Of a stretch of 64,000 nucleotides of DNA, positions 1-13,251 are shown piece by piece (position 1 is the stretch's first letter; every line of letters starts with the position of its first letter). The position numbers and the translations under genes are program-made. The DNA is from Paraspadella gotoi (taxonomy: Eukaryota > Animalia > Chaetognatha). The DNA is taken from assembly GCA_051294375.1 (NCBI GenBank), contig CM119267.1, positions 3,398,192 to 3,462,191 of the forward strand, given 5' to 3'. The notes beneath the pieces are model-generated. The model had not been told where the DNA came from. It did not search any database and worked only from the letters and a program-made list of their open reading frames with translations.

Positions 1-41
1 GAAGTCCAAAGAAAAAGCCCAATAATTTCTTATCAAAAGTC

Positions 42-853
<812 letters not shown>

Positions 854-1996
854 TCATTTCTTCTTGCGTTCCGGGGCGCATTTTGGGCAGAACCATTTGC
901 CTTTTGGTTTGGTGGTGAGATCGACGCAGCCAAAGTGGAACCACTCGATGGGGCAGTCGGGATTGTCGCAACCGATCATTTCGCCGTACGATACTTGATG
1001 ACACAAGCAGTAAGTGGGTTCGTTGGGATCGACGGGCATGTCAAGGACGTCTGACGTCAAAGGAAATTAGATCTATGATTTATGATCTACGATTTACGAT
1101 AAAGCGGTTTTTGTTAAAATGAAATAATCGAGAAACAAATCGTATGCATAATATCTTTTTTAAAATTGGAAATGCTTAGTACCAGACGCGGCGACGGATA
1201 TTGGAAGGAGGGCGTTGAGGGAGACTTTGGAAGGGGATTCGGCGACGGCGCCGGCGATCTTCGCCTTTTTATTTGATTTCGTCTCCTCTTTGTCCTCCGG
1301 CTCTTTTCTCTTCTGATCAACAACCACCGAAGAGATAAGTAAATTATATGTGATAAATGAAAGATTATATCAGATTATAATCGCTCACCTTTTGTTTTTT
1401 GGATTCCGCCGCGGAAGACTTTCGTCCGGCTCTTTTGCTCGTAACGGGCTCGGTTTCCCCAGCCGGGTTGCCTCGGGCGTTCATGGCCTTCTCCTTGAGA
1501 TCCGCCTCGAATCGCGCCAAGTCCGCGTCGAGTTTCCGGATGTGTTTGTCGATCATGTCGTAAGTCTTTAAAAAAAAATTAAAATGTTAAAATATACGAT
1601 TTTTTATAGACGACGTCAGTAGCCACGCAAACTACCTGCATGGCGAGCGAGAGTTTGTCATCACCGTACTCTTTACATTTGGTGAAATTTTTGTTGATTT
1701 CGCCAATCCGTTTACATTTCTCTCCCGAAGAATTCGATTTGGCGGTTCTCATGTAGTCCTCGGCGAGATCGTCTATTTCGGTCAACAGGTCCTAGAACGG
1801 CGACGAAGATCGTATTAGCAAATACATACAAAGTACATTACTCAAACTTTATTCATTTATGTCCTACTGAAACTTCCGATTCGCACACCTGCGCTCTGGC
1901 ATCCAAATCCGCCATCAAGGTGAAATTCCGTTTCAGTTCCGTCGGCAAACTTTCCAAACTGTCCAAGTAATGCTCCAAGTACATAGCGGTAGTCAT
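854..1996 (-). CDS. Inhibitor of growth protein ING4/ING5-like, multi-exon
   Basis: N-terminus [28 protein letters not shown]; [19 protein letters not shown]; C-terminal PHD finger [33 protein letters not shown]. Confidence 0.95.
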
Positions 1997-2220
1997 TTTA
2001 ACGATTATGGATTAATGATTATTCTGTCCAGAGAAAGATTCAATCAATACGACTAAAAATTTCCCCCCCTCCCCCTAGTAAACACAAACTTTTTTAACCA
2101 TTAAACTTGCAATTATATAGTCGAAATTCATAGTCATAAAAGGAATGTCCGAACAAAAAAAAAATAAATATCTATTCCAGACACTCCGGAGTCCTCTCAA
2201 ATGCCGCGTGGGGGATGAAT

Positions 2221-2792
2221 TTAAGCTGGCATCATCCAGGAGTCATCCTTCCACAACTCTGGCTGGTCGTATCCCATTTCTTCGGGGAGAAGGATTCCGA
2301 GTTCCTCGCAAGTCGGCTTGATCTCCTGCACAATGTAGGGCCAAATGGTGGATTTGGCGGGACCGCATTTCTCGTAGATGGATTCCAAGATGCGGACCGA
2401 CAGGGCGTAGTCGTTGATTCTCCTGCAGGCGTGCAGGGCGGCGATGATGACCGGCGGCTCGGGGACCATGTCTTGGCCCTGAAGATCGGTCATGTATTTC
2501 CGAATCCACCAACCATCAATGTCTTGGTTGTTAAAGTAATCGATGTATCGTTGATCGAACTCTGCGTCCGATTCAACTTTTCCGTGGCTCCCGAAGAGAG
2601 CGTTATTAGAGAGAGCCGAAAAAGGGCGGCTGGCCTGAGAAAATTGGAAATTACAAGCAATAGGCGCACTTCCTAATCAAAAAATACATAACACGCTATT
2701 TCTAACATACTAAGTACCTGAGACTGAGGTTTAACCATCCGAGCAGCTCCAACCAAGCCCGTCCTGGCGAATGAAGCAACAGCTCGCAGCAT
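2221..2792 (-). CDS. COX5A: Cytochrome c oxidase subunit 5A
   Basis: DMVPEPPVIIAALHACRRINDYALSVRILE...YIVQEIKPTCEELGI; presequence MLRAVASFARTG at ATG 2792. Confidence 0.95.
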
Positions 2793-2959
2793 GTTTCAAT
2801 TATTACTAGATAAAACTTAATTTAAAAGAAAAAGGGCAAAAAAACTTAACATTTCTATAAACTAATCAACAATAGACATTACGTAAATATTAGCCTACGA
2901 AACAAAATCAGGAAAGACGTTCGGGTCATAATTTTTCAACGAGGAGACCAAAATAATTA

Positions 2960-5249
2960 TCAACAAAATAGCAACAATCTCTTTCCAATTCGTTCGTCCA
3001 GCGGAAAATGAGTGTGAAAAAAGGAATCGCATTCTTTTAAGCGAATTTCCTCGAGAGAATCCCGCAACTCGTCCGCGATTCCTTCCGACAAAATCACGTG
3101 ACTCGGAATTCGTTCGGACTCGAGTTTCACAAAATCCGCGAACCACGCGGAGGGAGAGAGGAAGAACTGGTCGGCCTCGTCCACGTGGTCGGCGATCTCG
3201 TCGAGGTTGGGCTCGCAGCTCAAGAATCTCATGGAGACGTTGAGGTGGAGATGAGAGTAGTAAGGATGTTGGTGACATGGGAGAAGGAATAAAACGGAGA
3301 CTCCCTTCGCCGAGGGATTCTTTTCCAGACGACGAGCGAGCGAATCCATCGCGTCGAGGCCGCCTCGTTGGTGAAAGAGAGAGAGATAAACAAAAGAGGC
3401 GAGATTGGCCAAAGTCAACGAGGCAACCATCGTTCTCTTTTTCCACGACCAGCGAGGTGAGAAGGCGCATCTGGTGAGGGGATCAGAGAGAAAACGGGAT
3501 GAGGTGAACCGACGAAAACAAAAGATAATCGCGACTTACCCCATCTTCGCGTCCAAAGAGTTGTAAAAGACTCCGACGAAACACATCGCGAGCGGCATCG
3601 TCGTGAAGATAAAACGAAATTCTTTGTGTCCCAACAGGGAATAGACGAAGATAATCCAACCAATCAAAGCGGCGATGGCCAAGTTTTTTCGCTCTTTCCA
3701 AGACCAATAAACGCCAAAAAGGAAAGGAATAACGTGGGGTCCAAGAATGACGGGAAACCCTTGGGTCAAGTACCAGTGGAAAGGATGCGCCCCGTAAAAA
3801 TTAGCGACGCCTTTGAACACGTTAAATTTGAGGAACTCCCACGGAGCCAGAGTCGCTTGTCCGTAGAAGTAAGAGTCGATGGCGACGGAGAGAGCCAAAG
3901 TGGACGAGCCGACGATGACGGAGTCGACGATCAACTTCCGCCGCTTTGTCGTCGAGTAGAGATGAAGGAGCCAAAGCGGGATCCAAGTGACGACGGCCGT
4001 CCATCTCACGAGAACCGAAATCGCCGCCAAGCAGAGGTAGATTCTGGTCGAACGTCGTTCATCCGAATTCAACTTTTCTTTTTCGCTTCCTTTTTCTTTC
4101 GTTCGAGTCCACGGGAAATAAGCGAAGGCGACGATGGAAAACGCAGTTTCCAAAGAGTTGGAGAGAGTTCGAGGGAGTGAAAAGAGTCCGAAGTGGTTCG
4201 TCAAGTAGGCAAAGGTGGCCCACCGACCCGCGTCCACGCCCACTACTCGGCTGGCGAACTGAGCGAAGTAAACGTCACCGACGGCGGTCAGAAGCGCCTA
4301 GAGAAAGATAAACGTGGGCGTCCTTTATTCATTAATTGCTTTAAAAAATATGTGCATAACCGTTAGGCAGATAGCTATTTTTAATTAACTTTTAGTCTTT
4401 AGATAAATAGCGAGTACTTTCGTAGAGTCTGTCCGTCACACTTAACTTTAAAACCGTATAAATATTATACGTAATATGGAACCCAGAACACAGAATGCCA
4501 CTAATATAAAAGAAAGGAATATGAGACAAGAATCGAGCGAGAAGTGAAAAAAATCCGCCACGAGGAAATATTATACGAAGCGAAGGGGAAAATGAAACTA
4601 TATATAAGAAATATATATATATATATATATATAATCCAGAAGACAACACTGACTTCCCCTTCCCGAATTGAATTATTAGATAAATAAAACATTAAAAAAA
4701 AGAAAAAAAAAAGAAAAAAAGAAAGCAGTATATATTTGTTTAGATAATATAGATTAAATACTAAATCCTTCATAAAATATAAAAATAGAAAATAGTGAAA
4801 CAATTAATTTGCAAATTTTCATAAATATATATATGAAACTATATATAAGAAAATTCCATGCGATAAAACACTAATAATCTGAAACCTGCAGGAATTTGGG
4901 AGCGGCGATCACTGCACTTCGAGTATCCCATCCAAAAATTTTGAGTATTTGAAAAGGGAAGGCAAAGAGAAGAGGATGGAGAAATCCGCGAATTCTATGG
5001 CGCCATTCCCACGTCAAGTGCCCGTACCCGAAGACGACGTAGTGCGCGACTGAAACGTAATTCCAAAACGCTTTATATATTTTTCTCTCTTCCTTCATCA
5101 AAGTTTCAATGAATTAAAAGCCAGAATCCAACACCCGCCCACCCCTGTCCACCTTCGACCGATTGCCAATATTCGTCCGGAACGTAAAATGTTTGGATCA
5201 CAAACGCGTTGAGGAGTCGAAAGAAAAACGCGAGCCAGGAAAAATTCAT
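2960..5249 (-). CDS. PIGB: GPI mannosyltransferase 3, multi-exon
   Basis: QTFYVPDEYWQS, VVFGYGHLTWEW, RTLSNSLET, HKEFRFI, HQRGGLDAM, LLPCHQHPYYSHLH. Confidence 0.93.
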
Positions 5250-5704
5250 TGTCAATACAGAGATGTGAATCTATAATTTATTTTTTTTATTTTAAAAATC
5301 GTTGATTTTTTTTCTAGACTACGTAAATAAACGGAAACGATAAAAAAAAGTTTATATCGAAATATCCATCTTCGATTATTAATTGTCTTAGTCTTAAGTA
5401 CTACTACTACATCATGACTACCACTAAATGACCTCCAAATCGAGTTCATCGTTCGCCGTTTATTTCTAAAAAAAGGATTCATAAAAATAAATAATAAATA
5501 AAAATCATCGATGTCGTAAAATAATCAGAATTCACTAATCTGTACCTCAACAATGGATACGTAAAATTACATAAGCTCACGTCATCGAATATCCTTGCAA
5601 TAATTTTCGCCTAGACAGTTTCACCGGATAAGCTTGGTGATTAGATTCCTCCAAGGGGGGGGGAGGGGGAGCCACAGTTCTTCCGCACAATCCATCCGAA
5701 ACCG

Positions 5705-7534
5705 TTATTGTCCAAGAAAGTGCTTGTCCTCCAATTTTTTCATAGTGTCGCTGATAACGTTCAAGTATTTGCGTTGTTTCAAAACGTAGGCGCCCACGTG
5801 ACCGTAACCGTCGAGTTCCGTGGCGGAACAGCCGCGCCACACCTCGCGCATATCGTGCGCGGCCGTCGCCCGCGTCGAGTCCGCGCGGAAAGGGACGTAG
5901 GCGTCGTTCGTCGCCACCAGGAAACTCGTCAGCGACGGATCCAGCGGGGACGAGTAATTTCCCAGGTGAGTGAATTGGTCCATGAGGTTGGTCATGAACT
6001 CGCGGCTCTCCCCATCCTCCTCCTTCCTCTTCCTCCTCTTCCACGGGAACGCGCCCGGATTCTTCCCGGACGCAGTGGAGTAACGTCTGGAAAAGTTAAT
6101 GGAAGCGGCGGGATTCTGCTCGATGGCCGTGGCGGCGGCGGTAGAGGTAGGAGACCCAAAGTTGGACATGTTGGTGGATTCTTCGGAAGAGTCTTCGTCG
6201 AAGAAGACGGGAGCTGAAAATCCGTTTTGTCCGCCGATATATTTGGCGCCGTAATCTCCTCGGCAAATAGCGCGGTTGAGCTCTCGATAGACGGGGTCGG
6301 TGTGGAATTGGTTCGACAAGCGTTTCCAAGGCAACGCTTCCGAGAGTACGCCCTGGGTGAAGACGGGCGCAGCCGAAGACCAAGAGAGACAAGGGACGAC
6401 GGCGATGGGAGACTGGCGCCAAAACCCGGCCGCCAGAGAAGCCATGAAACCGCCCATCGAAATGCCTAGTGGTGGACGAGGGGGGGGGCACTATTTTATA
6501 ACAAAATATTATTATAATTTTGCATTTTAGTGTTTAACCTGTGATGCATAAAGTGGGGCCAAATCCGACTTTGAGCAACCAGTTGAGAATGACACAAGAT
6601 TCGAGAATCAAAGCGGCGCCCATGACGAAGACATCGTTGACGTGATGGACGGAAGATCGAAGCTGATCCTTGGGCTTTCGACAACCGTAAAAGGGGTTCT
6701 CCAAAATGGCCGAGTTGATCCCATGATTTTTAAGCAGAGGATAGCTTTGGAAAATTCGCCTCCTGGACAAGAAAAAATTATTCTTAAAATTGGGCATGTT
6801 AAAACGTTTTACTTCCCACAGTTGAACGAATCTTTTCCAAGATTCTTTTAATAGGAACTTCGTTCCACCGAAATCGCGTTTTATCTTTAATACATTCGTG
6901 TCGAATTCGATGAGCGAACTCTTCATTAAAGCTATGACTCACAACTTAAAATCATCAGGTTATTTTTTAGGTTTTAAATCTTGTACTTCCTTGTCCTCCA
7001 TGCGGTCCAATTATCAACAAGCAATATAAATTTTAAAAAAACACAACCGTAAAACAGCAGTCATAAATTTGGTAACCGATTAATTATTAGAAGGCTGAAG
7101 AATAAACTAGTCTAAATAAAATAAAAAGTCTGGACAGAATGTAATCTCAACCTGAGAAAACCATGATCCCCAGTTCCAGCCAAATGAAGGACGATCGGGT
7201 TTGGAGAATTTGGAGCGAAGACTTTGGAGTCGTAAACGACTTGAAATCGGGCGGTTCTACATTCATCGGCCAACAAATGAGGATGAATGGTGTCCAACGG
7301 CGAAGTGAAAGAGGCTTCGTAGGCAGTCAAGTTTCCGTGTTTCGTTTCTTTCTCGATCTTCACGTTGACCTTCGTTAAAAGTTTCTCGGTTATTTCGACG
7401 GCATGAGTCGAAGTCGGATCGCCGAGCGTCAATCGAAATTGCAAGAGGTCTTTGATGTGCGTCGGATCACCCCATCCTTTTTTGAAGAACCCCGTTAATA
7501 TTAATTGGCGATAGAGTCTATCTAAACGACTCAT
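5705..7534 (-). CDS. ABHD18: Alpha/beta hydrolase ABHD18 (C4orf29/DUF2048), multi-exon; alternative in-frame ATG at 7567
   Basis: MSRLDRLYRQLILTGFFKKGWG, LHLAGTGDHGF, ILENPFYGCRKPKDQLRS, GISMGG nucleophile elbow, GHVGAY. Confidence 0.9.
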
Positions 7535-7745
7535 ATTCTTACATCTGTTGAGCGGGTAAAGAGACATTTTACGGTTAAAGAAATGGTTTATAAAAGAAAA
7601 CTAAAGTAATAAGTAACGAATTGATTGGGAAACGAAAAAAATCAGAATCCCAAGCGAAAGTCCGGAGGCAGTTGCGGGTGCGTAAAGATTATCACAAAAG
7701 TGGGGAAAAAAAGGAATGACTCTGGAAAATTCTCCAAACATGTAA

Positions 7746-9359
7746 TCATTTTGGTATAATTAAATTGGACAGCATGTCGAAGGAATTTCCATCGGGATGT
7801 AAAGAGACTCGGTCGCCAGTTTCGTCGGATCCAAGAAGAAACCCGTAGTCATCGATGCCGATGATCCGGACAGTCTTCTTTCCCCGATCGTCCTTCACCG
7901 TCACCACTTGATCTCCGTGTATCCAATTCCGGAGATATCGTTCGAGGACTCGGCCGCGCTCGCTCTCTCCTGCGTCGAAGTCGTCGACGATCCTTTCGAA
8001 CTTCGTCATCACCGTCGCCACGAGCTCTTCCATGGAGACATTCTTCCCCTCCGGCGCCAGAGCTTCGAGACAGGTTGTGGGCGTTCGGTTGGACAGATTG
8101 ATGCCGCAGCCGACGGAGCAGTGGATCCGGTCGCCAGCGATGGACGTTTTCGCCAGAATTCCACCGAGTTTGATCAGGCTGGGGCCGTGCACCAGATCGT
8201 TGGGCCATTTGAGTTTCACGTCGACTTTTTCGAATCGAGGGAATGAATCGACGGCCTCGACGATCGCGAGGCCCGCGAGGTGTTGAATGATAGGGGCGTG
8301 TCGCCCCAAAAATGAGCGAGACGAGAGCCGAAGGTTAAATGTGAACATGGCGCATCCCAGAGGGCTCAGCCACGCGTTGCCGCCTCGGCCGAGGCCGCTT
8401 GACTGCTGGAGAGCGATGACGATGGCTCCAAGATTGTCGGGCAAGTCGTCCAGCACGTCGTCCAAAATCGTCATCGTTGTCGGTAAAATTTCGGCGATGA
8501 GAACCACACGGGCCAAATGATTCGTGCGCAATGAACGAAAAAATATTTCTTGGTTGAAAAAATGGGACGAAGTTGTGGACGAGACGCTGATGGGAACGGC
8601 GGCGTCGTCTTCGTCGTCGGCGGCGTCGTCGGCGCGATGCAACTTAAGATTCTTTAGTTTTCCTCTCTCCTCGACTCGTTGCAAAATCTCAAAAAAGGAG
8701 CGACGATTTTTCTCGTCGGATGCGAAGACGAATATCGGCGTCCATTTGGGAGTCGCGGATCCTTCTCTTCTCAATCGGAAACCAAATTGTTGCGTGAGTA
8801 AAAAAGCGAGATTTGATTTTATGGTGGAATTTGAGTCGCCGACTGATGAGTCAAACAAAGGCAGTCTAGTTATAACCGCCTTACCTCCGTTGAGGTATTC
8901 GAGAACTTTAACGGATTCCGATGACGCATTTTGAGACTCGTTAACGGCGTTGGAAATTCCGCCGTTAAAGTCGTAGGTTGCGCAGGAGAGAACGGCGCCT
9001 CCCGAATTTAAGTAATCCAATACTTCGTCCTGCGTGGGAAAGCGGTCAACCTCGTCGAGGGAGGCGAGAATCAAAAGGTGGCAATTGATCTTCCATGGTT
9101 GATTGAACATCGACGAACAAAGTCGGTAGAGGCAATAATTGTCCGTGACGCCGAGCAGAGAAAGGGCCGTTTTGCACTTGTCGAATTCGTCGTCGTTTTT
9201 GGAGACGATCAAGACGTTGGGCGGTTTCGCGGACGAATACATTGAGGATGGCGTTTGATAAAGCAAAAGGGGATTTACGAAGTTAAACTTTAAAAGAGAA
9301 GCGGATGGTGAAGAGCGGAATAAAATCAAGTCTCTATATCCGCTTCTCAATCGATTCAT
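7746..9359 (-). CDS. HLCS: Biotin--protein ligase / holocarboxylase synthetase, intronless
   Basis: KPPNVLI, QSSGLGRGGNAWLSP, KWPND, KLGGIL, GIDDYGFL, LHPDGNSFDM. Confidence 0.93.
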   Translation of the reverse strand: MNRLRSGYRDLILFRSSPSASLLKFNFVNPLLLYQTPSSMYSSAKPPNVLIVSKNDDEFDKCKTALSLLGVTDNYCLYRLCSSMFNQPWKINCHLLILASLDEVDRFPTQDEVLDYLNSGGAVLSCATYDFNGGISNAVNESQNASSESVKVLEYLNGGKAVITRLPLFDSSVGDSNSTIKSNLAFLLTQQFGFRLRREGSATPKWTPIFVFASDEKNRRSFFEILQRVEERGKLKNLKLHRADDAADDEDDAAVPISVSSTTSSHFFNQEIFFRSLRTNHLARVVLIAEILPTTMTILDDVLDDLPDNLGAIVIALQQSSGLGRGGNAWLSPLGCAMFTFNLRLSSRSFLGRHAPIIQHLAGLAIVEAVDSFPRFEKVDVKLKWPNDLVHGPSLIKLGGILAKTSIAGDRIHCSVGCGINLSNRTPTTCLEALAPEGKNVSMEELVATVMTKFERIVDDFDAGESERGRVLERYLRNWIHGDQVVTVKDDRGKKTVRIIGIDDYGFLLGSDETGDRVSLHPDGNSFDMLSNLIIPK

Positions 9360-9504
9360 GGTAACCGAAGAAGACAAATCTGTTAATTACATAATATGTA
9401 TAAAAAAAAAATTAAAATTCATTCATACACCTTCAATTCATTTCTTCATCCTTCTAAAACTTCTAAAATTGAAAAGGAATTTAAACCATCCATTCTATTT
9501 ACAG

Positions 9505-12500
9505 TTATCTACGAGAGGTACGGCTACTCCCGCCTTGATACCAATCGGGATATTCATAATCATAATACTGGTACGATCCTCCATCGTATGAGGATCGCGA
9601 ATAATCGAAAGAAGAGCGATCGCTATCTTTGTGAGAGCGAGAGATATCGAAGGAAAGAAGTGGGACTTCTAGCAAAGGAGGCGGCCTGGGATCGTGGCGA
9701 CGTCCCCCTTCCTCGTGGTGGCGGCGCGTGGATTCTCTCGTCCGGTCGTAGTCGGCCATCAAAGGTGTCAACGAAGAACCGTCTCGGCGCGAGTCCTTGG
9801 CGTGTCGGGACTCGTCGCGACTACTTCCACTGTAATGCGGCTTTTCCGATCGCGCGTCGTAATCGCGATGATATTTGGATCGAGATGACGACGAAGACGA
9901 CGATGCGTCTATGTCCATCAGTCGCGAGTACGTCACTTTCGAAGTAGAGTAGTTGCCCGAAGTTTCGATTCGTCGTTTTTTCGCTTCGACAACGGGCTTA
10001 TGTTCACGACGACCGGCTTCGGCGTCCGAGACTAAACTTCTCTTCCAAGCCTCTTGTCGCCCAGAAGGCGACTTCTGTCGGGTTCGCTGAGATCGAGGTT
10101 GATGACGGGATTCGCGCCGAGGAGCTTCCTCGGCTCCGTCGCCGAAGATGTTGCCGAGGATCTTTTCTTTGTAACGTATCCCGAATTCGTAGATGATGGA
10201 GATGACGTAGTTTCGATGCCGGATCGCTTCCGCAGATGGAGAGACGTGGGCGGAAAAGGTACGCGCGCGTCCACATGGCTTTTTTCCAACGACGACTTGA
10301 GCCAAGTCCACCAGCTTCGCCTTTTTATTATTTGTCACGTGCTGAGCTATAAAACGGAGATCGTAAAAGGTGGGCTCCCAGTCAAATTCTACCTCCAAAT
10401 AACGCAACAGGCCGTGGGGAGAGTAGGTCAATACCGCCGAGTTTTTAGTCCCATGCTTCAAGATATCCACAACTTGTTGCACCAAAGTGTCGTTGTTTAG
10501 TAACAAAACGTGAAAAACGGTTTGTTCCGTTCGAACCGACAACATGTCGGCCTTGGAAGCCAACGGCATCATGAGTGGGGGTTCATGATGTAGAAGAGCG
10601 ATGCAATCGGATTGAGACAGTTCCTGTCGAAGATGGACCAACCCTTCGTCGCCCGAGATCATTTCGCTTCGAACTCCCCTCATGAGATCCCGAATCTTTT
10701 CGTCGTCATCGCAGTCGGGATTTTGGAAGACGAGGCCACCGGACGGGACGCGAGGTCGTGGAAGGTCGTGTTTCACGGCGATCTTGTCAGCCACCTCGTA
10801 GATACTGGCAGCGAAGAAGTCAACCGCCAGTTGCGGCTCTATGGCCAATCGATATATTCCTTCGTTAAGCATGTTAGAAAAATCCTCGGTTTCAATGGCT
10901 CCGATGCGAAACTGCTGAAGAAGATACTCGAAAAATATCTTGGCGTTTTCACGACGCATGGGTAAGGGACACGAGAAATCCTTGTAGCGACGAATCGCGC
11001 TGACGAGAGTCAAAATTCGCTGGCGAAGTTTGGTTTTATCGAGAGTCTTAAAATGGTCGGCAGGAAAGATTTTAAAGCCGAGGAGATAGCGCTTGATCTC
11101 GTTGTATTCCATGGTCAGCATAGAAGAGGCGTGTTCCGCCATTTCCGCCGCCTTTTCCTCCGAAAAGTAAGGCATGTACACTTCGATGTCCTCAAAGTTG
11201 ATGTAGTGGGTGGGGTTGGTTTGTCGCAAGACGTCGAAAACGACTTCCGCTCTCATTTCGTCGTACTCTAAAGCGACGAGGGCTCTCAAGTAGCTCTTGT
11301 CCAGGATTTGTTCCTGAAGAACTCTCATGACGAAATCTTCCCTGTCGCCGACAGGAATCTGCTCTTTGACCATGAGAGTCGCGGATTTGATCGAAATCTT
11401 CCCTTCGCGGAACCTCGTCAGGATGAAGATCAAGTGTTCGATGCGGAAATCCCGATCCACGTCGTCGTCCTCCAAAATGGCGTCGATGGCGCGGGAAAAT
11501 CCTCCTTCGTCGAGGGTTTGCAGATGAAAGACGTCGTTCCACCATTCCTTCACCGGGTGCTTCTTCTTGGGGGCCTCGTTGTCTTCCACGCTCGGCCAAG
11601 GGACGAAAAAGGGTTTGGAAAATTCCTCTCTGTTCTCGGACGTCGTCGTCGTTTCGTTGTCATCGTTGACGATCGAGTCGAAGGTCGGAAGAGAGTTTCG
11701 TGAAGGGTGTTCTTCTTCGACGTCCAACGATTCACTTTCACCGATGGCGCCGTTGTGTTTGGCGCCATTTTTAGGGGGATTCGCGGAAACGGAGCCGGTT
11801 TTTTTCGGGGATTTTTCTTTGTTTGAATTGATTGTATCGAGCCTTTGGGGTTCGACGAGAGGATCGACGTTTTGGGATTTTTTCTCATTTTTTTCTTCTT
11901 TCGGGTCGTTTTCCGATTTAAATTCGGTGTGGTCTGCTGGCGAAGGTTTCGAAGCCTCGACATTCTTATCCTCCTTTTCTGTAATCGGGGAAGCGAAGAA
12001 ATTATTCGCGGGCGGAAAAAAAAAATTTAGGACGAGGCTTTGCAGTTTCGGTAGGAGAAGAATGGGAATGATTGTTAAGTTAAATAATAAATATACAACA
12101 TTCAATCCTTGCCAATCCACGCACGGGAAGGTCTCAGAAAGTTGTTTATTTTATTTTTTTTAATTGATACAAATATTAACAACTATTATAATATTTTTAT
12201 CAAAAAAATTCTCAGAAGTCAATAAACCTACCTTCATGGTTAATTTTAAAAGTCTACCAAAAAGCAACCTGGAAAAGATATTTCTCACCGCAACCTCGTA
12301 GAGAATCGAATGAGTTGATCCGATTGGATTTAAGCTTCAACGACGAGTTATCGACGAGATCCACGATTTCCTCCACGTCCAGCCTCAGCGTCCCCGTCAT
12401 CATCTCCTTCCGAAACTCTTCGTTGTTCGTGGACCAGATCGTCTCTCCTTCGGAACCGCGGATCCCGACGACGACGCCGACGCCCCTGGCGTTGGCCACG

Positions 12501-12529
12501 CGCATCATCTCTCGCAGGGAAGCGAACAT
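9505..12529 (-). CDS. Uncharacterised ~900 aa protein with a degenerate Mut-7/EXD3-like 3'-5' exonuclease domain and an R/S/D-rich tail; exons 12529-12295 and 11978-9505
   Basis: Long ORF; exon 1 (235 nt, phase 1, donor GTTGCG) joins in frame at acceptor ...gattacAG; C-terminal half follows the DEDDy exonuclease sequence pattern. Confidence 0.6.
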
Positions 12530-13251
12530 GTTGAGACTCACTCGCCTAGCTCCGAGACTCGGGGCGAGAGTTTATTAAAATTGTAAGTCTCTGAGGCAAA
12601 AATGAATTCTATATCGCAAAATGAGATACTACCTTCGTATCGCTTGATAAATGAAAAAAAAAAAAATGTAAGCGGAAAATCACACAATTTTATATATTAG
12701 AATCATAAAATAACTGAAGCTGCCGACTGTTTAAAAAGTGTTTATACATGACATTTAAATAGTAAAAATAAAATACTAACTGTAAAAAATTATTATCTGT
12801 AGATTTTTCGTAGTCAAAGTAAAAATGGCGCGATATAGTCTCGCAGAATAATTGACGTCGATAGCGTGGAACAATTTGCCGATAACCGAATTACACTGAT
12901 CATAAAATGAAAAAAAAAAATTCATCTCCAAGTTGCTCCACTCTTCTTGTAAAAAAAAAACGTTTTAAAATATAACAATTAAAATAAACGAACTCTGAAA
13001 TCGTTCTGGGATGATTAGCGTGGAGAATAATTTTATCTGATGGACAAAGACCAATATGTCCTATATATCACCGACCGATTAAATCTAAATGTCCAAAAAA
13101 CCCAAACCGCTCATTCACTGATTCAATTCCAAGAGTAACGAGCCAAGAAAGTCCACCAGATCAAATTTTGTTCATAAAGTCGTGGATATACTGCACGTTC
13201 ATTTGGTCTGGAATGTAAAACGATTAAAATAAGGGTCTCTGTATATAATTA

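Noticed and set aside
3626-4180. Many long antisense or alternative-frame ORFs in the ORF track (e.g. 3626-4180, 5708-6217, 11567-12163, 44277-45029, 53554-54114)
   Set aside because: They are shadows of GC-rich true exons on the other strand or frame and show no family motifs.
4590-4852. Repeated atgaaactatatataagaaa and (AT)n tract in the PIGB intron
   Set aside because: Low-complexity AT-rich duplication with no element boundaries.
12254-12541. Separate small gene upstream of the 871 aa ORF
   Set aside because: Its donor phase matches the acceptor at 11979, so it is treated as exon 1 of the same gene.
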